Origin: Spirochaetia bacterium | Lineage (GTDB): Bacteria > Spirochaetota > Spirochaetia > DSM-2461 | Assembly: GCA_963668315.1 (NCBI GenBank) | Contig: OY764216.1 | Location: forward strand, 3,072,001 to 3,136,000 | DNA: 64,000 nucleotides | Direction of reading: 5' to 3' | Part shown: positions 41,250 through 50,178 of the stretch, piece by piece | How the letters are laid out: each line of letters begins with the position of its first letter | Position numbering within the stretch: the first letter of the stretch is position 1 | Notes under the pieces: model-generated | Seen by the model: the letters and a program-made list of their open reading frames with translations, nothing else | Databases searched by the model: none | Told to the model about the DNA's origin: nothing | Position numbers and translations under genes: made by a program

Positions 41250-42276
41250 TGAAGAAATAGCCCGGGACGGGATATCCCGCGCCCGCATTGTCGGGGTGAA
41301 CAGAGAAATATATCATCTGGGATGGGAAGACTCCGATGTCCCCATCAGGGGGGAACTGACCGGAAAACTGAGGTTTCAAAGCCGGCAGGGAGAGCTCCCC
41401 GTGGTCGGGGACTGGGTGTGCTGCGTCAGGAATGAGCAGTTCTGTCTTATCGAGGAAGTCCTGCCCCGCCGGACCGTTATCAGCCGCAAAAGCGCCGGCG
41501 TGGTCACGGAGGAGCAGCCGCTGGCAGCCAATATCGATCTGGTGGCCATCGTTCAGGGATTGGACGGGGGGAGGAATTTTTCTCTCCGCGGTATAGAGAG
41601 ATACCTGACTCTGGCCTGGAATTCCGGCGCCGTCCCCCTGATTATTCTCAATAAGGCCGACTTGAACGACGATGCCGATTCCTATATGAGGGAAGCGGAA
41701 TTTGCCGCTCCCGGAGCTGATGTGATAATTACGAGCGCCGAAAAGGGTACGGGTATCGATGCACTCCGAGAGCGGTTCAGAGATAAAACCGCCGTGCTGG
41801 TCGGCCCATCCGGAGTGGGGAAATCGGCCCTGTCCAACGCCCTGCTGGAAAGGGAGGCGCAGCAGACCGGGGCCAACAGGGAAGGGGATAAGAAGGGGAA
41901 GCATACGACGACCTCATCAAGGCTCTTCCTTCTGCCCGAAGGGGGCTGGCTTATCGATTCTCCAGGATTGAAAGAGATTCAGCTCTGGGGAGATGAACAG
42001 GGGGTGGAAGACACTTTCAGTGAGATCGATGAGCTGGCCGGCCGGTGCCGCTTCAGCGACTGCCGCCATGAAGGAGAGCCGGGGTGCGCCGTAATGGAGG
42101 CCTTGCGGGAGGGAGAACTTGATCAGAACCGCTATGCCAGTTATCTGGAACTGCGCAGGGAAATGGACTGGCTGGACTCCCGGCGCAGCGAGAAGGGCCG
42201 CCTGGATGAACGGAAAAAGGGCAAAACGCTGAGTAAAACCATCAAAAATATGGAAAAAGGGAAGCCGGTGTATTAG
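41230..42276 (+). CDS. rsgA: Ribosome small subunit-dependent GTPase A (RsgA family)
   Basis: Circularly permuted motifs NKAD, GPSGVGKS, HTTT, DSPG; Zn finger CRFSDCRHEGEPGC. Confidence 0.92.
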   Translation: MGLWGNSEEIARDGISRARIVGVNREIYHLGWEDSDVPIRGELTGKLRFQSRQGELPVVGDWVCCVRNEQFCLIEEVLPRRTVISRKSAGVVTEEQPLAANIDLVAIVQGLDGGRNFSLRGIERYLTLAWNSGAVPLIILNKADLNDDADSYMREAEFAAPGADVIITSAEKGTGIDALRERFRDKTAVLVGPSGVGKSALSNALLEREAQQTGANREGDKKGKHTTTSSRLFLLPEGGWLIDSPGLKEIQLWGDEQGVEDTFSEIDELAGRCRFSDCRHEGEPGCAVMEALREGELDQNRYASYLELRREMDWLDSRRSEKGRLDERKKGKTLSKTIKNMEKGKPVY

Positions 42277-42286
42277 GAAGTAAGGC

Positions 42287-42334
42287 TTTACCGGGAAAAA
42301 CGGCATTGCCATTTTCCCGGTAAATGTCTATATT
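42287..42334 (+). promoter_or_regulatory. 13-bp inverted repeat overlapping clpP promoter
   Basis: TTTACCGGGAAAA...TTTTCCCGGTAAA; TTGCCA (42306), 17 bp, TATATT (42329). Confidence 0.55.
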
Positions 42335-42369
42335 TATGTCTTGGAACCATACTCACTTAAGGAGCTATC

Positions 42370-42954
42370 ATGGCCGAAAAGGATGAAAAGAAAAAAAACG
42401 AGCAGGAGACTCCCGACCTGACGCAGAAAATGCTTCAGACAAGGACTATTCTTCTGACCGGAGAGATAAATAAGGAATTAGCCGAAAAAGTTATACGACA
42501 GCTTCTGCTGCTGGAGGCCGATTCGGATAAGCCCATCAAGATCTTCATCGATTCCCCCGGCGGGGACGCTGATGCGGGATTTGCCATTTATGATATGATC
42601 CGTTTTATCAATGCTCCGGTATATTGTATCGGCATGGGACTGGTTGCCAGCGCCGCCAGCATCATACTTATTGCCGTTCCCAATGAGAGAAGAATTGCTC
42701 TTCCCAACTCCCACTACCTTATTCACCAGCCCCTGAGCGGGATCAGAGGCGTGGCCACGGAAATCGAGATCCACGCCAATGAGCTTGAAAAGCTGAGAAT
42801 TAAAATCAACAAGCTTATCGCTTCTGAAACGGGAAAAACGGAGGAGCAGGTCTCCAAGGATACCGATAGGGATTACTGGATGATCGCCGAAGAAGCCAAA
42901 TCCTACGGTCTCGTTTCCAAAATCATTTCCAAGAGAAGTGAGCTGGAAGATTAA
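42370..42954 (+). CDS. clpP: ATP-dependent Clp protease proteolytic subunit
   Basis: IDSPGG, ASAAS (Ser), IHQP (His), DRD (Asp). Confidence 0.95.
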   Translation: MAEKDEKKKNEQETPDLTQKMLQTRTILLTGEINKELAEKVIRQLLLLEADSDKPIKIFIDSPGGDADAGFAIYDMIRFINAPVYCIGMGLVASAASIILIAVPNERRIALPNSHYLIHQPLSGIRGVATEIEIHANELEKLRIKINKLIASETGKTEEQVSKDTDRDYWMIAEEAKSYGLVSKIISKRSELED

Positions 42955-42957
42955 ATC

Positions 42958-44181
42958 CTAAGATTGCTGTTCCGCGGTTCCTTCTTCCTGGAAGGAACCG
43001 TTGGAATAGGGGTAATGACGGCTGACGATATATTCCAGCTGGTCATAGATCCCCAGCATAACGTCAGGCAGATAGGGAGATATCCTTTCAATGAAAGGGG
43101 CATCTTCCGGATGAAGTTCCGCAATCCTGTTGAATCGCCATACGAAATAACCCGCCACTTCCTTTCGGCTCAGCTGAAGGGTGTATCCCAGCATTTCATT
43201 ATACATGAGGACCTCATCCCGGGGGTCGTAAAAATTATTCTTCATGAAAAAACGCCAGATTTCACGGTAATCCTCCGGCATGCCGAGCCAGTACCGGCGA
43301 ATGGATTCCCTGAGATCCTCGTCGGTAAAGAAGAGTCCGTGCAGAGTTTCATGGGTAATGAACCTCTGGCGTAGTACGGGCGATGATTCCCTCGTAATGG
43401 ATACAATCGCCCCCTCTCCCACGGTATACTCACTGCCGTTGAAACTGAGAATGCCCTGGGTCAGAAGTATCTGGCGCAGTTCATACTCCTCGTCGTTCAG
43501 GGTAAAATCCGATTCATTCGCCAGGTTGTAGAACGAGGCAAGCCCTTCCCGGCTGTAATCATGGGCATTCCAGCCGTGGAGTCCTTCCATCTCCTCGTTG
43601 GTCATAAGCGTCCCGCGGTATCCCGGCTTCTCCATAAAGAAGGCCAGCCTTTTCAGGTAACGGTCCTGCACTTCGTAATCGCGGAAATCGAAAATCAGGA
43701 TATTGTTACCCCTATCCCACCGGTAGAGGAGATACTCCTTCTCATCGGGATATTCGGAAGACAGAATCCTTTCGTGGGACGCGGTTTGGGCCTGGTCGGT
43801 GTAATCCTTCTTCTGGGTAAGGAAGAGGGAGAAGGGGACCGGTTTCCCCCGGCTGTCCCTGAGGCTGACTGAAAAAAGGGGGAACGAGGGGCGGTAAGCA
43901 GGTGTCACCCGGGTGGAGTAGGGCCGCCTTCCGTCCAGGGGGGGGAGTTCTGCCGTTTCTACTTCGGTTTTCCCCCTCAGGGTCAGGCGGCAGCTTGTAT
44001 CGGACAAGTAGGAAAATGTCAGATAGGAGTCACTCAGATCCAGGGGGTAGGGGAAGACAAAGTTTTCCCGGGCTCTTTCGTCAAAACGGCCGAATTCAGG
44101 TTGATAGAGCAGTCCGTCCCCTGCCGTGAGAGGCAGAGTCGCAAGGAGAGCAAAGGCAAGGGGAAGGAGAGATCTCTTCAT
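42958..44181 (-). CDS. Secreted hypothetical protein with HExxH motif
   Basis: Signal peptide; ITHETLHG and a downstream NE. Confidence 0.65.
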   Translation of the reverse strand: MKRSLLPLAFALLATLPLTAGDGLLYQPEFGRFDERARENFVFPYPLDLSDSYLTFSYLSDTSCRLTLRGKTEVETAELPPLDGRRPYSTRVTPAYRPSFPLFSVSLRDSRGKPVPFSLFLTQKKDYTDQAQTASHERILSSEYPDEKEYLLYRWDRGNNILIFDFRDYEVQDRYLKRLAFFMEKPGYRGTLMTNEEMEGLHGWNAHDYSREGLASFYNLANESDFTLNDEEYELRQILLTQGILSFNGSEYTVGEGAIVSITRESSPVLRQRFITHETLHGLFFTDEDLRESIRRYWLGMPEDYREIWRFFMKNNFYDPRDEVLMYNEMLGYTLQLSRKEVAGYFVWRFNRIAELHPEDAPFIERISPYLPDVMLGIYDQLEYIVSRHYPYSNGSFQEEGTAEQQS

Positions 44182-44183
44182 TG

Positions 44184-45272
44184 CTATTTGACGAGTCCCA
44201 GGGGAGCCAGGGCGTCCAGGATATCCTGCTTCGGTGATTCGGACCTCGAGAGGGGGGCTCCGGTTATTTTTTCCGCCAGCCCCACATAGAGCCGGCTGAC
44301 ATCCATCATCTGCTCGTCCTTGAGGCGGAATTCCCCGGCAAGGGCTTTTCTTTCCTCCATACGGTTCTTATTGACCAGCACGTCACGGTCGGGAACGCTG
44401 TTCAGGAGAATCTCCCTGAAGTACTCTTTGGACTCTTCCCTGATCTCTCCCTTATTATAAAGCTCTATGTCCCAGTAGCGGGAAGAGTCGGGTGTGCCGA
44501 TCTCATCGATATAGATCAGGCGGGAATCCTCCCCCTGTCCGATATAGCCGAACTCGAATTTGGTATCCACGAAGACTTTGCCGATTTTTTCCAGTTCTCC
44601 GGTTATGAGCTGAAAACCCTGTGTCAGGAGCTTCTCATACTGACTTACATCCCCGGCGGAACGGAATTTGAAGGCATCGAGATTGTTGATAATCTGATCG
44701 CGGGTGATATCCACGTCGTCCATTTCGGGCACGCCTTCCACGCCTTTGATGATTCCCTTGGTGGAAGGGGTGATGAGAAGTGAATCCAGCTTCTGGTTCT
44801 TCTTCAGTCCTTCGGGAAGGGATATGCCGCAGATAGTGCGGTTGCCCTTTTCGTAGGAGCGCCACATGCTTCCCGTAATATACTGACGGGCGATCGCTTC
44901 CACCATGACCGGACGGGCTTTCCTGACCAGCCAGACCAGAGGATGGGGTACATCCACTATATGGTTTCCCGCCACTCCCTCTTCCTCGAAGCGGGTGAAC
45001 CAGTACCGGGAAATGGCGTTGAGGGCGGCTCCCTTGCCGGGGATTCCCTTAAGACCGCCTTCGCTCTGCCAGATGCATTCGTAGGCGGAAATCCTGTCGC
45101 TGATGATCATAAGGGCCAGTTCTTCGCCCTGAATACCATACTTTTCATTCAGCCTGGCGTTGTCCTCGTCTTTAAGCCAGTAAACGGAACGGACCTTGCC
45201 GCTGTGTATATCCCCTTTGTGACGGATAGGGAAATCATCCGTTCTAACCAGGGCCTTGTCTGTCATTGCCAT
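44184..45272 (-). CDS. purC: SAICAR synthase, long type (start revised to 45272)
   Basis: HSGKVRSVY, SDRISAY, TPSTK, VDTKFEFG, DEIGTPDSSRYW; SD GGAGAG; promoter TTGACC-18-TAGAAT. Confidence 0.93.
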   Translation of the reverse strand: MAMTDKALVRTDDFPIRHKGDIHSGKVRSVYWLKDEDNARLNEKYGIQGEELALMIISDRISAYECIWQSEGGLKGIPGKGAALNAISRYWFTRFEEEGVAGNHIVDVPHPLVWLVRKARPVMVEAIARQYITGSMWRSYEKGNRTICGISLPEGLKKNQKLDSLLITPSTKGIIKGVEGVPEMDDVDITRDQIINNLDAFKFRSAGDVSQYEKLLTQGFQLITGELEKIGKVFVDTKFEFGYIGQGEDSRLIYIDEIGTPDSSRYWDIELYNKGEIREESKEYFREILLNSVPDRDVLVNKNRMEERKALAGEFRLKDEQMMDVSRLYVGLAEKITGAPLSRSESPKQDILDALAPLGLVK

Positions 45273-45389
45273 ATTCACTCTCCCGCACCGGACAGGACGT
45301 CCGTGACTTTGCGTTATTTTGATAAAGGAAGCTAATTCTATATTCATAAAGGGATAAGGGTCAAGAGAAAATCGGAAGAAATGGCAGGG

Positions 45390-45405
45390 TATTCCATATG
45401 GAATA
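45390..45405. promoter_or_regulatory. Perfect 16-bp palindrome between purC and the NrpR-like gene
   Basis: TATTCCATATGGAATA. Confidence 0.5.
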
Positions 45406-45434
45406 GTTTCCTGAATAATGTTAAAATAGGAATA

Positions 45435-46457
45435 ATGAAAGAAAGAGCCGAACGTAAACGACTGATGACACTCCAGATATTGAAAGAATCGACCGAACCC
45501 ATCTCCAGCCATAAAATCCAGGAACTCCTGGCGGAAAGGGGACTGGAAATCAGTGAGAGAACGGTGCGTTTTCATCTGCAGGCCCTGGATAATATGGGGT
45601 TTACCGCCTATAAAGAGAAAAAAGGGCGCTACATTACGCCCAAGGGGCTCCTGGAACTATCCCGCAGTCATGTCTACGAAAAAGTCGGATTTCTCTCTTC
45701 CAAAATCGATGATATGACCTACCGCATGTCCTATAATTATCATACGGGCGAAGGGAAGGTCCTGGTGAACATCAGCCTTGTTCATTACGATGATCTCCTC
45801 GCATCGGTAGACATGCTGGTCCCCTACCTGAAAACGCGTTTCGCCACAGGAGAGATGATCGCCCTCTTCCGGGAGGGGGAAAACCTGGGCGAGACCGTCA
45901 TCCCCAAGGGCTATGTGGGCATAGGAACGGTATGCTCCATCACGCTTAACGGGATTCTTCTGTCCTCCGGTGTTCCGGTGGTTTCCATCTTCGGCGGTCT
46001 CCTTGAGGTGGACAACGGCAAGGCGGAGCGGTTTACGGCCATTATTAAATACGAGGGAACCAGCCTCGATCCTCTGGAAATTTATATAAAAAGCGGCATG
46101 ACCAACTGCACGGGTATCGTGGAAGAGGGGAGCGGCCAGGTGGGCGCCAGCTTCCGGGAGATACCCGCTAGCAGCCGGGAGTATGTTGTCTCCATCAACG
46201 AGGAACTGAAGAAAATCGGCATGGGGGGGATCATCGAAATCGGTTTTCCCGGCCAGAGCCTTCTGGATATTCCCGTTGCCCATGAGAGGTGCGGACTTAT
46301 CGTGGCCGGAGGTTTGAATTCCGTTTCCGTGGCCCATGAGGGAGGCATAGAAGTTATATCCAAGGCTCTTTCCGGTCTTGTCGAGTTTGACCGTCTGCTC
46401 CACTATTCCCAATTGAGAGCAAAGGCGGAAGAGCTGATTAATTCTTCAAAGGGGTAG
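45435..46457 (+). CDS. NrpR-family regulator (wHTH plus DUF128 domain)
   Basis: ISERTVRFHL..LD..GFT, ITPKG, TVCSITLNG, GTSLDPLE, AGGLN. Confidence 0.8.
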   Translation: MKERAERKRLMTLQILKESTEPISSHKIQELLAERGLEISERTVRFHLQALDNMGFTAYKEKKGRYITPKGLLELSRSHVYEKVGFLSSKIDDMTYRMSYNYHTGEGKVLVNISLVHYDDLLASVDMLVPYLKTRFATGEMIALFREGENLGETVIPKGYVGIGTVCSITLNGILLSSGVPVVSIFGGLLEVDNGKAERFTAIIKYEGTSLDPLEIYIKSGMTNCTGIVEEGSGQVGASFREIPASSREYVVSINEELKKIGMGGIIEIGFPGQSLLDIPVAHERCGLIVAGGLNSVSVAHEGGIEVISKALSGLVEFDRLLHYSQLRAKAEELINSSKG

Positions 46458-46501
46458 GGAAACTTGTCCTTATCTCTTTCTCTGTGATATAATCCGTCGT
46501 C

Positions 46502-48787
46502 ATGGGTAAAAAATTCGGAACATTTCGAGGGGTTTTCGTCCCCTCTACGGAAGCTATTCTGGGAACAGTGCTATTTCTTCTGCTCCCTCTCCTGACCGCG
46601 GATTTGGGCTTTCTGCCCATGGTCATCATCATACTGCTTTCACATACGGTAACGCTGTCCACCGCTTTTTCTCTGGCCGACTGCGCCACCAACCTGAATA
46701 AAATCGAGGGGGGCGGTATGTATGCCCTCTCCAAGAAGTCTCTGGGTAAAGCCATGGGGGGCTCCATCGGTATCCCTCTTTATCTGGCCCAGGCCGCCAG
46801 CGTGGGGTTCTACTGCATCGGTTTTGCCGAACCGCTCCATCCCATTCTGGCTCCCTATCTTGATTTTATCCCCCTTTTCACTCTGCATACTCCCGAAGCG
46901 CTTCTGATGCAGAAGCAGCTGCTGGCATCCTTTTTTCTTGTTCTTTTCTTTTTTGTGGTTATGGCGGGGGCTGATTTTACCCTGAAAATACAATCGGCCA
47001 TTCTGGTCATTCTTATTCTCAGTGTACTTTCCATTTTCTTCTCTCCCTTTCTGGGGATAGAGTACGGCGGCAAACCCCTTTTTACCGGCGGTATCACCAT
47101 GTTCAGCGCCCGGCCGCTGACGATGGCTATCTTTTTTCTCTCCTTTACCCAGTTTTTTCCCGCCGTCACGGGAATCAGTACGGGAATCGGCATGAGCGGG
47201 GATTTGAAAACGCCCCGGAAAAGTATCGTGAAAGGAACTTTCTACGCTATCCTTTTGACGATGGGCGTGTATCTGGTCGTCGCCCTGATTTTCTCCGGAA
47301 TGGACAGAAGCATCCTTATCAAGGGCTACGAAGGGGGCATCCCCTACGGTGTCCTGCTGACGGAGCTCCTCGGGTGGGGAAAGCCTTTTCCCCAGAATAT
47401 CCCGGGGTTTCTTATCCTTCTGGGAGTTCTCTTCGCCACAAGCTCGTCGGCTCTCAGCGTCTTCATGACAGGTCCCCGGACCGTACAGTTCCTGGCCCGG
47501 GACAATATCCTGCCCGCCTCTTTGAACTTTCTGGAGAAGGATTTCAAACCCGAAGGGGATGAGCCCCGCTTCGCGGTCATTGTGACTTTTTTCTTCGGCC
47601 TGGCCATTATCTGGATGGGAAGCATCAATCTGGCGGCCACCGTTGTCGGTATTCTGTTTCTGGTCGTATACGGCTGGGTCAATCTGGCCGCCTTTCTGGA
47701 AAGGTTCAGCCGGAACCCCTCCTTCCGCCCGACGTTCAAGGGACACTGGACCGTATCCCTCTACGGATTCCTCGCCTGCTTTGTCACAATATGTCTTTTC
47801 AACTGGATGGTGGGCCTCATCATAGTCGTCTCCCAATATCTCATGTTTCTTCTCATCCTCCGTTTTAAATCGGAAGGGAAAATGGAAGGTGTCTGGTGGG
47901 GTGTACTTTTTACCCTTATCACCGGGTCTCTCAAGAAAATCCGTTCCATCGTACAGGGCTCCAGGAACTGGCGCCCCGTGGTTGTTTCCATCTCCTACGG
48001 TACGGAAAAACAGTGGTGGAAGGAGATGGACGAAATTGTGGGGAGCATTTCCTCCTATCAGGGCCTTGTCAGCCGCAATATCCTTATCTCTTCCAAGAAA
48101 TTTGATGTTCCGCCCCGGCCGGAGGAGCTGGAAGAGAACACATCTGTCATAAGCACATCCAATCCGACGGAAGCCGTGTCCGCCATCATACAGTCTTCGG
48201 AGATAACCGGGCTGGAATCCAACACCATCCTTCTTGAATACAGCGAAAAGGTGGATTCCGTACAGCTGCTGAATGTCATCTCCGAGAAGAATAAAAATAT
48301 CCTTCTCTATAAGGGTTTCAGCGAGAAAGTAGACAGCCGGCTGGTAAAAGTCAGGAATAAAAGACTGGATATTTGGTGGAGAGGAGAAAGAAACGGGAAT
48401 TTTATGGCCCTTTTGGCTTATATTATAAACGAGGGGATAAAGGAAAAGGAATCAAGATACGATATAAGAATCCTTCGCATGGTAGGGCAGGGGGAGAATG
48501 TGGAAAAATCCGAGATGGAATTGAAAGAGCTGTTCTCAAAGGCCAGAATCAACGGGGACGTGAAAATCCTCCCCCATCAGGATATCCCCTTCACGGATAT
48601 TCTGTCCGCCGAATCGGCCGATGCCTCCCTCATTATGATGGGTATCCCCGGGAATTATGTGGAACAGAACCGTTCCCTTTTCCGTATGAATGAATTCTTT
48701 TTCAATAAGGAGATAGGGCGATATAACCAGCTGCCCCCGATCCTCTTTATTCGCAGCGTGCGGGCGATAAGCCTGACGGAGGATTGA
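46502..48787 (+). CDS. Cation-chloride cotransporter-like (SLC12/APC) permease
   Basis: FGTFRGVFVP, GGGMY, FFPAVTGI, MSGDLK.P.KSI.KGT, NWRP, LDIWW. Confidence 0.82.
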   Translation: MGKKFGTFRGVFVPSTEAILGTVLFLLLPLLTADLGFLPMVIIILLSHTVTLSTAFSLADCATNLNKIEGGGMYALSKKSLGKAMGGSIGIPLYLAQAASVGFYCIGFAEPLHPILAPYLDFIPLFTLHTPEALLMQKQLLASFFLVLFFFVVMAGADFTLKIQSAILVILILSVLSIFFSPFLGIEYGGKPLFTGGITMFSARPLTMAIFFLSFTQFFPAVTGISTGIGMSGDLKTPRKSIVKGTFYAILLTMGVYLVVALIFSGMDRSILIKGYEGGIPYGVLLTELLGWGKPFPQNIPGFLILLGVLFATSSSALSVFMTGPRTVQFLARDNILPASLNFLEKDFKPEGDEPRFAVIVTFFFGLAIIWMGSINLAATVVGILFLVVYGWVNLAAFLERFSRNPSFRPTFKGHWTVSLYGFLACFVTICLFNWMVGLIIVVSQYLMFLLILRFKSEGKMEGVWWGVLFTLITGSLKKIRSIVQGSRNWRPVVVSISYGTEKQWWKEMDEIVGSISSYQGLVSRNILISSKKFDVPPRPEELEENTSVISTSNPTEAVSAIIQSSEITGLESNTILLEYSEKVDSVQLLNVISEKNKNILLYKGFSEKVDSRLVKVRNKRLDIWWRGERNGNFMALLAYIINEGIKEKESRYDIRILRMVGQGENVEKSEMELKELFSKARINGDVKILPHQDIPFTDILSAESADASLIMMGIPGNYVEQNRSLFRMNEFFFNKEIGRYNQLPPILFIRSVRAISLTED

Positions 48788-50178
48788 TTCACGGGATGGA
48801 TGCAGAGTGGATTTCCCTTAATGACCTGTTTTCTCAATATCCCGGTCTTTTAGACGTGCTGGAAGATCAGGATATCATTCTCCATTGCCGGAATACACAA
48901 ACCGGAGCGGAGCGAAGTGCCCGCTTTTCCGCTCTCTTCAGAAACAACAGCCGTTTCTGGGAGGCGAAGAACTGGGATTTCTTTCTGTCGAGGGGAGATC
49001 GGGAAATTCTGATTGATCTCATGAACAAAAAGGCGAATAAAATCAGGGGGAAGATTGAGAAAATCCATATTCCGGAGAAGATGAATGAGGCTCTGCCGCC
49101 TTCCTTCGGTAAGGAGTATCAGGAAATCTCATCCATGTCCCTGGATGATCGGGAAAAGAGAATCGCCCATTCCATCGTATCCCTTGATGAAGCGCTGGGC
49201 CGTCCCCACGTGGCATCCCACGAACTGGCCGATATCATGACCGACGCGGCCATCTATTCCACCCTGATCAACAAGGTCAGTATGGAAGAGATGGAGGACC
49301 AGGAGGATCGCCTGGCCCAGAGGTATCTGATTCAGATCAATTCCAAAACGGAGGAGCTCATGGGCTCCTTTCTGAAGGCCCTTTCCGGCGATCATAAGCT
49401 GAATCATACGAATGAGTCGATAACCAATCAGACCAAGGGCGTCACCACGCGGCATATGACCCGGGTGTTTCTTCTGACCATACGTTTTCTGGACGATCTG
49501 CGCCATCAGTTTGAATATGCCGGCCTCTACCAGAGACTGCAGAGCCGGATGAGGTCCTATCTGCCCCTTTACGAGCCTCTGAGGAGCCGGTACCCCCTGA
49601 AAAAGTTCGATGCCTCCGTTGTCTTTCCCGTGTCTCCCCGTTTTTCCGATAATCTGATGGAAGAGATCATGCTGGGAATTCTGCTTCATGACCTGGGGAA
49701 GAACAAAAACCTCCTCTATTTCGACGGAGCGGAGGATTACGACAGGAAAATTATAGAGGGCCATGCCTTTGACGGGTACTTCATGCTGATGAAAAAATCG
49801 GCCTACCGTCAGCCCATCGCCTCCCTCGCCGGGCTGCATCATGAATATTACGGCCATCCCCAGGGGTACGGTGTCTTCAGGGATCTATATGAAGAACACC
49901 GGAAAAAACATTCCGGCCATCAGTTCGCCTGCATCATGTCCTGTCAGTATGAGGATCTGGTGAATTACCGCTCATTGGCCTATATGCCGGCGAAAATTCT
50001 GGAAATCGTGGATGTCTACGATGCCCTGATAGACAAGGACCGCCTGTACAAAGCGCCCATGTCGCCCTTGGAAGCCCTGAGTTTCATGAGAAAAACGATG
50101 ATCGATAACGATTTAAAACTTGATCCCATTTTCTTCGATTTATTTGTGAAATTTCTCAACAAGGCAAAACTTTTATGA
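48784..50178 (+). CDS. HD-domain (HD-GYP-like) phosphohydrolase
   Basis: LLHDLGK, HHE..G..QGYG, IVDVYDAL..R.YK. Confidence 0.78.
   Translation: MIHGMDAEWISLNDLFSQYPGLLDVLEDQDIILHCRNTQTGAERSARFSALFRNNSRFWEAKNWDFFLSRGDREILIDLMNKKANKIRGKIEKIHIPEKMNEALPPSFGKEYQEISSMSLDDREKRIAHSIVSLDEALGRPHVASHELADIMTDAAIYSTLINKVSMEEMEDQEDRLAQRYLIQINSKTEELMGSFLKALSGDHKLNHTNESITNQTKGVTTRHMTRVFLLTIRFLDDLRHQFEYAGLYQRLQSRMRSYLPLYEPLRSRYPLKKFDASVVFPVSPRFSDNLMEEIMLGILLHDLGKNKNLLYFDGAEDYDRKIIEGHAFDGYFMLMKKSAYRQPIASLAGLHHEYYGHPQGYGVFRDLYEEHRKKHSGHQFACIMSCQYEDLVNYRSLAYMPAKILEIVDVYDALIDKDRLYKAPMSPLEALSFMRKTMIDNDLKLDPIFFDLFVKFLNKAKLL

Noticed and set aside
45273..45330. Riboswitch upstream of purC (ACGCAAAG resembles the c-di-GMP-I core; ZTP also considered)
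   Set aside because: The leader is only about 60 nt and lacks the other conserved stems; only a small CGGAC/GTCCG hairpin is present.
45273..45575. N-terminal extension of purC in the ORF track
   Set aside because: It overlaps the divergent NrpR-like gene; SD and promoter support ATG 45272.
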